64,000 nucleotides of DNA from a virus: positions 7,870 through 71,869 of the IMG/VR virus record IMGVR_UViG_3300046812_000287; one strand, written 5' to 3'. Position numbers and translations under genes: made by a program. This document shows, one piece after another, positions 18,494-27,268 of this stretch; position 1 is the stretch's first letter, and each line of letters begins with the position of its first letter. Under the pieces are notes generated by a model. That model did not search any database and was not told where the DNA came from. It saw only the letters and a program-made list of their open reading frames with translations.

Positions 18494-19966
18494 ATGTACC
18501 AACCCCGACGCAAGGCCGACGAGAACCAGGTCGCGGCCATCAAGAAGATGCGCGGCAAGGAGGCCTTCGCGCTGCTGATGGCGATGCGCATGAGGAAGTC
18601 GAAGGTCATCATCGACGAGTTCGGGGAGAAGGAACTGAAGGGCCAAGCCAATGACTTGGTCATAATAGCTCCGGCTGGCTGCTACCGGACATGGTTAGAG
18701 GCGCTCAATGATGATCTTTCAACTGACCTTTGGTCGCGGCTCAGGGCCCATGTCTGGACCTCTGGGAGTAGCGTAGGCGAACGCAATCTGCGGCGTGACA
18801 TGCTTGAGTACGGTCGCGCTTCTGACCCGCCGCGCTGTCTTATAATGAACGTGGAGGCGCTGTCACGTGCTGGAGATGCACGAGACTTCTTGGAGAGATT
18901 TCTTAATAGTCGTAACATGCGTCGGTCCATGGTCGCCGTCGACGAGTCGACCGTCATCAAGAACCACTCAGCCGCGCGGACGAAGTACGTCAACAGGACG
19001 ATACGGCCGCTGGCGACCTACCGACGCATCCTGTCCGGGCTGCCCACGCCGCGCTCGCCGCTGGACCTATACTCGCAGTTCGAGTTCCTCGACTGGCGCA
19101 TCCTCGGGCACAAGTCGTGGTGGACGTTCCGGGCGTCGGTCGCGCACCTGCGCCAGCAGTGGTTCGGAGGGCGCTCGGTCGTGATGATCGACCAGGACCA
19201 GGGCATGAACGGCTTCAAGCCGGAGGCCGTGGCCCAGCTGCAGAAAACAATTGCGCCATACTCCTACCGCGTCGAGTTCCGGCCGAAGGTTCCGACCACC
19301 TACTCGATCCGTGACGTGGAGATGACGCCCGAGCAGGAGAAGGCCTACCGCGAGATAAGGGACTTCGCCACGACCGAGCTCAGCGCTGGCGTACACGTGA
19401 CTGCCACGGTCGTCATCGCGCAGATAATGCGCCTCCACCAGGTCCTCTGCGGACACACGGTGGACGAGCTGGGGAACGCGCACCACGTCCCGGAGAACCG
19501 GACCGTGGCGCTCCTGGAGCTGCTGGAGGACTACGGCGGCAAGGCGCTGGTCTGGTGCAGCTACGACACCGACGTCCGCAAGGTCGCCGGGGCGCTGGCG
19601 GAGGAGTACGGGGAGGAGAGCGTCGCGCGCTTCTGGGGCGGGAACCTCAAGAGCCGTGACGAGGAGGACCGCAGGTTCAAGACCGACCCGCGCTGCCGCT
19701 TCTCGGTCGGGACGCCGGCCGCCGGAGGACGTGGAAGAACATTAGATATGGCGGACTTATCGGTATATTATTCCTCGACCGACAACCTTGAGCACCGTGA
19801 CCAGTCCGAGCAGCGCACCATGGGCCGCGACAAGGCGCGCGGCGTCGACGTGGTCGACCTGATATGCCGGGGGACGGTCGAGGAGAAGATACTCAGCGCC
19901 CTGAGGAAGAAGATCAACATGGCCCAAGTCATCAACGGCGACACCTGGAGAGAGTGGATAGTATGA
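18494..19966 (+). CDS. SNF2-like SF2 helicase with atypical Walker A
   Basis: VIIAP, VDEST, RRILSGLP, LYSQFEFL, RLHQV, KALVW, GTVEEKI; Walker A reads MRMRKS. Confidence 0.85.
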   Translation: MYQPRRKADENQVAAIKKMRGKEAFALLMAMRMRKSKVIIDEFGEKELKGQANDLVIIAPAGCYRTWLEALNDDLSTDLWSRLRAHVWTSGSSVGERNLRRDMLEYGRASDPPRCLIMNVEALSRAGDARDFLERFLNSRNMRRSMVAVDESTVIKNHSAARTKYVNRTIRPLATYRRILSGLPTPRSPLDLYSQFEFLDWRILGHKSWWTFRASVAHLRQQWFGGRSVVMIDQDQGMNGFKPEAVAQLQKTIAPYSYRVEFRPKVPTTYSIRDVEMTPEQEKAYREIRDFATTELSAGVHVTATVVIAQIMRLHQVLCGHTVDELGNAHHVPENRTVALLELLEDYGGKALVWCSYDTDVRKVAGALAEEYGEESVARFWGGNLKSRDEEDRRFKTDPRCRFSVGTPAAGGRGRTLDMADLSVYYSSTDNLEHRDQSEQRTMGRDKARGVDVVDLICRGTVEEKILSALRKKINMAQVINGDTWREWIV

Positions 19967-20388
19967 TCACCACCAATCGGCGCGGTCAAGACGACCAAGG
20001 TGAACTTCTGGAGGTGAAAATGATCCGAGCTATAGCCAAGGACTACGAGGACCGCCTGCGTGCCGACGCCGCTGAGGGCTTGTCGTACACCCAGACCGCC
20101 GCGCGCCACGACCTCAGAAGGATGCAGGTGGCGGGGATGGCCAAGCGCCTAGGCATCAGGTTCAGCGGTGCCCGCGCCAGCGCCCCGAGGCCTCCAAGCC
20201 CTTCGCGAGTGAAGAAGCCGCCGGTGCCGGCGGCGCAGTGCCTCGTCAGGCCTGACGTTCCGATACGAACAGTGGCGGTTAGGAATGACCGCAGCGGGCG
20301 CCCCGTGAGCTGCTGCTGGTCGGGGTGCGTCAAGCCGCCCGTGGCGGTCGGCAAGCCCTACTGCGACGAGCACTGGAGGCTGAGATGA
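19963..20388 (+). CDS. gcrA: GcrA-like transcriptional regulator
   Basis: N-terminal EGLSYTQTA...VAGMAKRLGI HTH and C-terminal CCW...C...GKPYCDEH, the GcrA two-domain signature. Confidence 0.65.
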   Translation: MITTNRRGQDDQGELLEVKMIRAIAKDYEDRLRADAAEGLSYTQTAARHDLRRMQVAGMAKRLGIRFSGARASAPRPPSPSRVKKPPVPAAQCLVRPDVPIRTVAVRNDRSGRPVSCCWSGCVKPPVAVGKPYCDEHWRLR

Positions 20389-21143
20389 GAGCGCTGCTAG
20401 TCGCCGCCCTGCTCGCGCCGCAGCTCGCGACCGCCGCCGACCTGTCGGTGCCGCCGTCGGTGCTAGACCTGCCGAAGCACTACGACTGCCCGCTGGCGCA
20501 GGACGACGACGCGGTCCTGGCCGCGCTCCTCGATCTGGCGTTCCCCGACGTCATCCACCCGGAGGACGAGGACATCAACTGGGACGTCGTCAGGTGGCTT
20601 GAGTCGCGCATATTCTGCGTCAAGCCGGACCTGCTGGTGATAGCAGATGATGAGGAAGGGAGCTTCGGAGGCGGGAGCTTCGGAGGTGGCGGAGGCGGGA
20701 GCTTCGGAGGCGGGAGCTTCGGAGGCGGGAGCTTCGGAGGCGGGAGCTTCGGAGGCGGGAGCTTCGGAGGCGGGAGCTTCGGAGGCGGGAGCTTCGGAGG
20801 CGGGAGCTTCGGCGGAGGCGGAGGCGGAGGCGGAGGCGGAGGCGGAGGCGGAGGAAATATGACCCCAACTAACCCGCCGCATGTTACCCCTCACATGCCG
20901 ACGCCGCCGGCCACCCCGCTGCCCGGGTCAATATGGTTGTTTGCCTCTGGGCTGTTGCTTCTTGCCTTGACAAAGGTAGCGCGCCGCGTCCCGTCTCGTC
21001 CACCGGGAGGGGTTGATGTCGAGTTGGGGTCGCGGCGCGCGCCTAGCGATCGACGGGAGGAAACACGTCGACCGATAGCTAGTGCCCCTGGAGTGCCTTC
21101 AGCTGGGAGGACAGCTCCAGGACCTGGTTGTCGATGCTCTTGA
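20385..21143 (+). CDS. Secreted glycine-rich protein with VPLPA/PEP-CTERM-like sorting signal
   Basis: Signal peptide MRALLVAALLAPQLATAA; GGGSF repeats; TPLPGSIWLFASGLLLLALTKVARR. Confidence 0.65.
   Translation: MRALLVAALLAPQLATAADLSVPPSVLDLPKHYDCPLAQDDDAVLAALLDLAFPDVIHPEDEDINWDVVRWLESRIFCVKPDLLVIADDEEGSFGGGSFGGGGGGSFGGGSFGGGSFGGGSFGGGSFGGGSFGGGSFGGGSFGGGGGGGGGGGGGGGNMTPTNPPHVTPHMPTPPATPLPGSIWLFASGLLLLALTKVARRVPSRPPGGVDVELGSRRAPSDRREETRRPIASAPGVPSAGRTAPGPGCRCS
20658..20855 (+). repeat. In-frame tandem repeat: 15-bp GGGAGCTTCGGAGGC units (about 10) then GGCGGA units
   Basis: Directly visible; encodes (GGGSF)n followed by poly-Gly. Confidence 0.95.
20979..21040. terminator. GC-rich hairpin at the convergence of the two transcriptional arms
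   Basis: GCGCGCCGCGTCCC / GGGTCGCGGCGCGC inverted repeat (1 mismatch); no clear U-tract. Confidence 0.3.
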
Positions 21144-21552
21144 CGACGTCGTCGATCGACTTCTGCTGGCCCGCGATTATCTGGATGGCCACCGGGTCCT
21201 TGGTCGTGTGGGACTGGAGGTCGAGCCGCGAGCGCGCGTCGAGCTGCTGCTGGCGCGAGGCCTTGAGCGTCTCGATGCGGCCGGAGATGATGTAGATGCC
21301 CTGGCTGTCGACCTTCGAGGCTATCGGCTCGACCACCTGCCTGATCTGCCCGCCGACGTACTCGTAGGTGGCGAACTTCGGGCCGCCGAGGCCAAGGTAG
21401 GCGCTCCACCCCGCGTAGGCCGCGACCAGCGCCCCGACCGCCCACGCTACCCACATGACGACGCCCTTCTTGAGGACCGTGGCTGGGTCGTCCTTGATCC
21501 GGACGTCGACACGGGTGGCAGCCTTTGCGCGGCGCGGGCGCGGGCGCGTCAC
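21079..21552 (-). CDS. Single-TM coiled-coil membrane protein (i-spanin-like or lysis accessory)
   Basis: TM VVMWVAWAVGALVAAYAGW followed by long Q/L-rich coiled coil; GTG start at 21552. Confidence 0.55.
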   Translation of the reverse strand: MTRPRPRRAKAATRVDVRIKDDPATVLKKGVVMWVAWAVGALVAAYAGWSAYLGLGGPKFATYEYVGGQIRQVVEPIASKVDSQGIYIISGRIETLKASRQQQLDARSRLDLQSHTTKDPVAIQIIAGQQKSIDDVVKSIDNQVLELSSQLKALQGH

Positions 21553-21640
21553 TGGAACACCCGTTCCAGGACCTGCGCCAGCGTGACGCCGACGACGACG
21601 CAGGCGCAGATGGCGAGCAGCAGCCACGTCTCCGCCCGCA

Positions 21641-21799
21641 CTAGAGCCTCCCCAGCAGCAGGAGGACCAGGACGACCACCAGCACCAGTCCGAGGACGCC
21701 GTTCACGCCGTGGCCGTAGCCGAAGCCCGGTCCGCCTCCGATGCCCGAGAAGCCGCCGCACAAGACGATGAGGAGGACGATGAGGAGGACTAGACCCAT
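21641..21799 (-). CDS. DUF3309-like small membrane protein
   Basis: MGLVLLIVLLIVLCGG...GYG...GVLGLVLVVVLVLLLLGRL; RBS GGAGG. Confidence 0.7.
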   Translation of the reverse strand: MGLVLLIVLLIVLCGGFSGIGGGPGFGYGHGVNGVLGLVLVVVLVLLLLGRL

Positions 21800-22047
21800 G
21801 GCACACCTCCGAGGAAGCCGAGCGGGCTGAGGCGGTGAGCCCCGGTGAGCTGCGGGTAGACGGAGAACAGCCACACGATGACAGCGATCAGGACCAGCAG
21901 CATCACGATGATCTTGCCGACCTTGTAGACTGTGGGATCAAGCTCGATCCCACACAGCTTGAGTATCCAGACGATGGCCACCGCCACGAAGATGATGACG
22001 GCTACCTGCAGGCAGAGGTACAGGAGCGATATGAGGATGCTTTCCAT
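21790..22047 (-). CDS. Small 2-TM membrane protein
   Basis: Two long hydrophobic segments. Confidence 0.7.
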   Translation of the reverse strand: MESILISLLYLCLQVAVIIFVAVAIVWILKLCGIELDPTVYKVGKIIVMLLVLIAVIVWLFSVYPQLTGAHRLSPLGFLGGVPWV

Positions 22048-22150
22048 AGCACACTATCCTTTCAGTTGACGTGGACGCCGAGGCGCGACGCCACGAGAGC
22101 TATGACCAAGGCCCACAGTATGACGACGATCATGACCTTTACGTCTGTCA

Positions 22151-22651
22151 TCACATCTTTGCCCACAACACGACGGCGACGCCGAGGGCAACCGACATGA
22201 GCGACACGACCATCTTCGACCTGGTCGGGGAGCCGCTCTCCATGTCGATGGCGAGGATGTGCAGGACGCCAGCGATGGTCATCAGCAGGATCATGTAGCC
22301 GCGCCACGCGTCGTGCGCCCCGATGGGCCCCTTCAGGACGCCCTGGGCGTAGAGGAAGCGCGAGACCCGCCACACCCCGTTCCCGAACCAGGCCATGCAT
22401 ATACCGAAGCGCAGCATGAAGGCCCGGTCTACCAGCATGTGGCAGTTGAACAGCGACCACGTCAGGTAGTACGCCGCCGCGGTGAACGAGACTATGATCA
22501 GCGGACCGTCGAGGAGGTCGTTGAGCGTGTACGGGTCGACGTAGCGATTGGCCACCCAGTAGAGGCTGGACGCCAGAAATATGCCGAACATCAAGGTACA
22601 AGACGTGCACTCGCCTCCCATGATGCTATTTATTGCTCTTCTCACCGGCAC
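22151..22651 (-). CDS. Multi-pass membrane protein
   Basis: About five hydrophobic segments; start uncertain. Confidence 0.65.
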   Translation of the reverse strand: MPVRRAINSIMGGECTSCTLMFGIFLASSLYWVANRYVDPYTLNDLLDGPLIIVSFTAAAYYLTWSLFNCHMLVDRAFMLRFGICMAWFGNGVWRVSRFLYAQGVLKGPIGAHDAWRGYMILLMTIAGVLHILAIDMESGSPTRSKMVVSLMSVALGVAVVLWAKM

Positions 22652-22829
22652 CTCCTTTACTATTTTCTTTGTTCGTGGTGGTCGTAATCTCCGTGAGCAG
22701 CTCGTGGATGGCGTCGTGCGCGTTGTTGCGGCTCACGCAGCTGACCCTGTCGGCGTGCTCGGCGGCTGCGGTCCGCCTGGTCCGGAGGCCTATGATCTCT
22801 TTGATGCTCATGATGATCCGCTCAAGCAC
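22626..22829 (-). CDS. Hypothetical protein
   Basis: Coupled ORF in the lysis region. Confidence 0.45.
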   Translation of the reverse strand: MLERIIMSIKEIIGLRTRRTAAAEHADRVSCVSRNNAHDAIHELLTEITTTTNKENSKGGAGEKSNK

Positions 22830-23049
22830 GTCGGTTCCTGTCCTGCATGGCCCTGGTCAGGTCCTTGACACTCTGGGTGAGGTCGGCCATTAGCTTCTGG
22901 TTCGCGAGGCCCTCGGCGATCCGCTTCTCCTGGACCTCGTCGTACTTCATGACCAGCCGATACAGCATGACCAGGGCCAGGATGAGTATCGCCCCGACCA
23001 GACCCTGCTTGAGGATGGTCTCAAGGATGGCATCTATGCTAAGGGGCAA
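22822..23049 (-). CDS. Holin-like single-TM protein with coiled-coil tail
   Basis: QGLVGAILILALVMLY TM followed by charged helix, as in BhlA-type holins. Confidence 0.55.
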   Translation of the reverse strand: MPLSIDAILETILKQGLVGAILILALVMLYRLVMKYDEVQEKRIAEGLANQKLMADLTQSVKDLTRAMQDRNRRA

Positions 23050-23185
23050 CGCCAGTCCTGTAGTAGCGGTTGAGCTCCGCGCGGGTCACGCTGGGCGGGT
23101 CCTTGAGCGTCGGCGCCGGGCGCGGGCGGAGCGTCGCGCACCCGACCAGCAGCAGCAGAGTCGCGACTACGATTAGCCTGATCAT
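23039..23185 (-). CDS. Small lipoprotein, o-spanin candidate (48 aa, not in ORF track)
   Basis: MIRLIVVATLLLLVGCATLRPRPAP...; lipobox LVGC, Pro-rich mature part, ATGA-coupled. Confidence 0.65.
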   Translation of the reverse strand: MIRLIVVATLLLLVGCATLRPRPAPTLKDPPSVTRAELNRYYRTGVAP

Positions 23186-23655
23186 CTGTCGCTCGCTCCC
23201 GGGCGGCTGAACCACATGTGGCCGATCGCGAGCGCGGTGGCCGAGCCGAACATGAAGCTGATGATCACGTGGTCCGAGGCCGCGACGTCACCGGCGCCGA
23301 GCGGGTCCGTCATCCCCTCCCAGCTTATGGGCCACAGCCAAAGGAAGTTGAACGAGCCGGGGCCGACCAACTTGTCTATCAGGTAAATCTTCGCCCGGTA
23401 GATGCCCGGGGGAATGAGGTACAGCGCGAACACCCACAGCAGTATCTTGTTGCCGGCGATGGTGCTGAGGCGGACGTTCGACTCGTGGGCCTCGACCGCG
23501 GCCTGGTTGACCACCGCCTTCGTAACCTCGGTGTCGCCGCCGATCTTCGCCTGGATGATCTGGACCTTGGCGTTGTAGAAGGCCTGGGTGAAGGCCGTGA
23601 CCCCACCTGTTATGGAGGGGATGGCGGTGAAGAACGCGAGGATGACGCTGATCAT
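23182..23655 (-). CDS. Membrane protein, holin-like (3TM type)
   Basis: Three hydrophobic segments; downstream of the endolysin. Confidence 0.6.
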   Translation of the reverse strand: MISVILAFFTAIPSITGGVTAFTQAFYNAKVQIIQAKIGGDTEVTKAVVNQAAVEAHESNVRLSTIAGNKILLWVFALYLIPPGIYRAKIYLIDKLVGPGSFNFLWLWPISWEGMTDPLGAGDVAASDHVIISFMFGSATALAIGHMWFSRPGASDR

Positions 23656-23993
23656 GGCTGCAGCGTCCCGGGCGGCAGTGCCGCTTTGGCGTCAGCTATG
23701 GCCGCGTCCATCTTGTTCTCGCTGACTGACTGAGTGGTTATCCTGCGCAGCCACTCGAACAACAGCCCGGTGCCAGACAGTACGAGGCCCCAGACTAGGC
23801 CGCGCAGGTCCGGCGCGACGTGCAGCGCGTCCATCAGCCGCGTCGATAGCGGCATGAAGTCCTGGCCCGACAAGAACGAGCCGACGCTGTCGTGCACGAT
23901 CAGTAAGAACCCGACGAGTGAGTAGAGCCGAGCCGCGAGGATCGTGCGCGAGTGGGCGAACAACCCCTTGATCTTGACCCATAGGCTACTCAT
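23652..23993 (-). CDS. 2-TM membrane protein, holin candidate
   Basis: SRTIL...WLRRITT pattern; directly after the endolysin. Confidence 0.6.
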   Translation of the reverse strand: MSSLWVKIKGLFAHSRTILAARLYSLVGFLLIVHDSVGSFLSGQDFMPLSTRLMDALHVAPDLRGLVWGLVLSGTGLLFEWLRRITTQSVSENKMDAAIADAKAALPPGTLQP

Positions 23994-24910
23994 GGCGACG
24001 TTCCTCCTGTGGTGGTTGGCGGCGGCGGCGGCGGCACGTGGTCCGGCGGCACCGGAGCCGCAGCCACGACTACCGGCGTCGGAGCGATGACCTTAGGCGT
24101 GCTGGTCATGGTCGGTCGCGCCAGGCGCGCGACCAGGTAGCCAACGACCGCGCACGCGAGGCCGATGAGCACGACCCAGCCCCAGCCGATACCGGACTGC
24201 GCCGCCACGACGACCGCGCCAGCCCCGGCTGCCGCAGCGCCCCCGTGGGCCACCGTCGGCTTCGCCGGCTTCGCCGGCAGCGCGCCGGGCGGCGTGCCCG
24301 CCTGGGCGCCGAACTTTATCGACGAGTCGATGAGCATCATCCGCGCTATGAGTGGCGCGCAGCCCTCCTGGACGTCGACGGCGCTGGCCCGATACACGTG
24401 GTCAGCCACGTACTTCCCGCTCACGTACTGATCCGTTCCGGACCAGACGTAGGCCGAGGGCACGCCCATGTTGGCGTATCCCAGGCCGTTCATCTCCTCA
24501 GTCGCGGTCAGCGTGCCGCCCGGTGACCAGTCCGTCCACTTCGCCAAGTGCGGTGCGCAGTCGACCAACGCGTCCAGCGCGCCCCGGTAGAAGGCGTCAT
24601 GTAATGGAGTGTCGCCCGGATGGTCTAGGAACGGCCCGCGCCCGGCCGGGTCGTTGCGCGACGGCCTATCCAACGGGTCGCCCTGCGCCAGCTGGCACTT
24701 GAAGTTCTGGCTCGCCTCGCGCTCGTGGATGACCGCGACAACCCACCAGGGGACCTTGGTGGCAGCGCTTATCTCGACGTAGCGCGCCTTGGCCGCTGGA
24801 GCGCAGAGCCGCCGCGCCACCTCGTCGAACGCGTGGACGCGCTCCGGGCGCAGCTTCATCACGTCCCAGCGGTGCTGGTTCTTAGCTTTGAGTGCGGCGA
24901 TGTCCGTCAT
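23990..24910 (-). CDS. Endolysin (lysozyme-like) with C-terminal transmembrane segment
   Basis: VPWWVVAVIHEREAS...QGDPL...GRGPF...NGLGY...SAYVWSGTDQY..GKYVAD; C-terminal hydrophobic segments. Confidence 0.85.
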   Translation of the reverse strand: MTDIAALKAKNQHRWDVMKLRPERVHAFDEVARRLCAPAAKARYVEISAATKVPWWVVAVIHEREASQNFKCQLAQGDPLDRPSRNDPAGRGPFLDHPGDTPLHDAFYRGALDALVDCAPHLAKWTDWSPGGTLTATEEMNGLGYANMGVPSAYVWSGTDQYVSGKYVADHVYRASAVDVQEGCAPLIARMMLIDSSIKFGAQAGTPPGALPAKPAKPTVAHGGAAAAGAGAVVVAAQSGIGWGWVVLIGLACAVVGYLVARLARPTMTSTPKVIAPTPVVVAAAPVPPDHVPPPPPPTTTGGTSP

Positions 24911-25419
24911 ATGCCTGGGACCTTCATGCGGGCGCTGACCATCAGGAGGAGGTCACGCGGATTGATTAGGTGCGCCGGAGCTGCGACCGGCCAAGCTAGC
25001 CACCCGCACTTGCGCAGCGCCAGGGCGATCTTCGCGGAGCATATCGCGTGGTCGGCTAGGTGGAGGTGCTCCGGCAACACGAAGCCGACGATGGCCTTCC
25101 AGTCGTAGGGCTCGCCGATGCTGTCATTCAGGTACTTGTAGAAGGTCGCGTCCATCGTTCCGCCGAGGTCCAGGACCATGTCGCAGAGGCCGGCGGGAAA
25201 GGCCACCGGGTCGTAGCCGTCCGGCAGCCGCGCCACCTTCCCCGCGTCATAGCCGACCGGGCGAGCCTGGGTGCCGCCGTCCAGGCGCGACCCGACGTAG
25301 GACAGCCCGTCCGGCGTCAGCGCCTCCACGTGGCTGGGGGTGAATGGCATGCACGTCTTCTCCTGGAGGACTATTGCCTCGCTCCCCCAGCCGGTTCCCC
25401 GGACGAACCTTATCTTCAT
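24907..25419 (-). CDS. Permuted papain-like NlpC/P60 (YiiX/YebB-like) protein
   Basis: SHVE near the N-terminus, IGEPYDW, and ICS later (His-before-Cys permutation). Confidence 0.65.
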   Translation of the reverse strand: MKIRFVRGTGWGSEAIVLQEKTCMPFTPSHVEALTPDGLSYVGSRLDGGTQARPVGYDAGKVARLPDGYDPVAFPAGLCDMVLDLGGTMDATFYKYLNDSIGEPYDWKAIVGFVLPEHLHLADHAICSAKIALALRKCGWLAWPVAAPAHLINPRDLLLMVSARMKVPGI

Positions 25420-26597
25420 ACCGCATCTCCCTGGCCAGTAGCGATGGCTAAGGGTTGCCCGGCCGGTAGAATGGCGCCTAAGGTAGCCGGCCCCTCGTTA
25501 AGCCCTACTCCGGGCATCCCTAGGCCTAAGAAATCGACTCCGGGGCGCCCCAGGAGGTCGCCCGTCGCCCCGGACAGGCTCCGGACGCGTCCGAGGTCCG
25601 CCTTGTGGGTCCCCCAGGCCCTCCAGAACGCCTGGCAGGCGACCCAGCGGGTCTTGCGGACGAAGTGGTTCCGGGCCACCTCCATGGGCACCCCGCACAA
25701 TAGAACGTGGGAGGCCCCACGCTCTATCGCGACCTTGGCGGCGAACAGGCCCGAGGACCCACCCCAGTCCTTCGTGGTGTGGGTGATGAATGGGTGGTTG
25801 GCGCGCCGGTTGTGGGCCCATACCTCCTTCGGGTCCGGGTGGTGGCCGGACCGGCGCAGGCTGAGCCATGCCGGTATCTTGTCCGGATGGAGGGAGGCGA
25901 CGACGCACTCGCCCGGGAAGGTCGCGATCATGTCGTTGACCACGATGAACTCCGGCTGCGCCCCGGCCGCCGCGCACAGCGCCCGCGCCTCCTCGACCTC
26001 TGCCCAGACGCCCTCCGCGCCTCCGACCACGACCGTGACCCTAGAAGTAGAATTGGTCAAGCTAGCTGCTTGGCCAATTCTAGTTCCCTCGAAGACCATC
26101 GACTCGATGGCGTTGAATTTCTCGCCGATGACGCGGTGGTGGCCCTCGACGTTCTGAAGATCGGGGTGTTGTGAGTTGTGAACCTCGCACTGGGCCGCGT
26201 CGAAGCCGACGAACTTGAGCGTGGCGGCCATCAGCGAGGCGGTCCAGCAGGTACGGTGGCCGTGGCAGTTGATGATGGCGTCCAGCGCGCCGCGCAGGTC
26301 GGGCGTCTTGCCCCACTTGGCGGCCAGCTTGAAATAGTCATCATCGGTCGACCTGCGCACCTGCTCCACGGACGGGACCGTCACGCGCAGCACGCCGCCG
26401 ACCGCCAGGACGCGCAGGCACTCGCGGAAGAACTCGACGGCCTGGTAGTAGTCAACGTGCTCCACGCAGTGCTCGATGAAGATGAAGGAGACTGAGGAAT
26501 CACTAAACGGAAGACGTTTAGTGATATCTAAGTCAGCGTCGTGGTTCTCCCAGCCGGGGAGCTTGTTGGTGCCGCACCCGAGGTTGAGCTTCAGCAT
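25416..26597 (-). CDS. Class I SAM methyltransferase fused to a Maf/sialyltransferase-like domain
   Basis: LNLGCG...EHCVEH...RVLAVGGVLRVTVP; C-terminal VVGGA...VVND...GSSGLFA..VA...G...VLLCGVPM. Confidence 0.75.
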   Translation of the reverse strand: MLKLNLGCGTNKLPGWENHDADLDITKRLPFSDSSVSFIFIEHCVEHVDYYQAVEFFRECLRVLAVGGVLRVTVPSVEQVRRSTDDDYFKLAAKWGKTPDLRGALDAIINCHGHRTCWTASLMAATLKFVGFDAAQCEVHNSQHPDLQNVEGHHRVIGEKFNAIESMVFEGTRIGQAASLTNSTSRVTVVVGGAEGVWAEVEEARALCAAAGAQPEFIVVNDMIATFPGECVVASLHPDKIPAWLSLRRSGHHPDPKEVWAHNRRANHPFITHTTKDWGGSSGLFAAKVAIERGASHVLLCGVPMEVARNHFVRKTRWVACQAFWRAWGTHKADLGRVRSLSGATGDLLGRPGVDFLGLGMPGVGLNEGPATLGAILPAGQPLAIATGQGDAV

Positions 26598-27268
26598 CTG
26601 TACAGTCCCTCGCGCAGGTCGTCGCGGGCGAAGATCATATTGTTCACCGCCCACGAGTGGAGGAAGTAGCCGGCCCCGTCGAGCAGCTCCTTCAGTTCCT
26701 TGGCGATGCTTCGGTCGGCGGTGAAGGCCTCAGCGCAGACCACCTTAGGCGTCGACGAGCTGCCCCAGTCGACGCTGCTCAGTATCTCCACGTCCAGGCC
26801 CTCGGCGTCGACGTTGAGCAGGTCCGGGAACTCGCCGCCCGCGTGCTCAGTTATTAGTTCCGTGACGGTCGTCATTGGCACGTCTATCTCGGACGCGATG
26901 GCGTACTTGGAGGCCAGCGAGTGGTCGAACGAGCTCAGCCCCGGGGCGGTGGTGCGGTAGAAGCGACGCCCGCGCAGGTGGCCGGTGACGCCGGCGCAGA
27001 TGTTCTTGTCCTCCGGTCGCAGCCTGGTGAACTCCTCCATCAGGTCCGGGTTGGCCTCCACGTTGATGCCGCGACCACCGCGCTCGTACATCAGCGCCGT
27101 GTTGCTCAGGTGGTACGGGTGGTGCGCGCCGATGTCCAGCCAGGACGGGTGGTATATCTTCAGCTGGTGGAACATCGCCAGCATGATCAGGTCGTCACCG
27201 TGCTGCGCGTAGGTGAAGCCGCCGAACACCTGGTCCTTGTGGTCGCTCCAGGGGAGGTCGTGCCTCAC
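26591..27268 (-). CDS. FkbM-family methyltransferase
   Basis: YAQHGDD...LDIGAHHP...SNT...GINVEANP...DLLNVDAEGLD. Confidence 0.9.
   Translation of the reverse strand: MRHDLPWSDHKDQVFGGFTYAQHGDDLIMLAMFHQLKIYHPSWLDIGAHHPYHLSNTALMYERGGRGINVEANPDLMEEFTRLRPEDKNICAGVTGHLRGRRFYRTTAPGLSSFDHSLASKYAIASEIDVPMTTVTELITEHAGGEFPDLLNVDAEGLDVEILSSVDWGSSSTPKVVCAEAFTADRSIAKELKELLDGAGYFLHSWAVNNMIFARDDLREGLYRC

Noticed and set aside
20658-20855. Short regular repeats as a CRISPR array
   Set aside because: Units are contiguous with no unique spacers, are in-frame coding (GGGSF), and no cas genes are present
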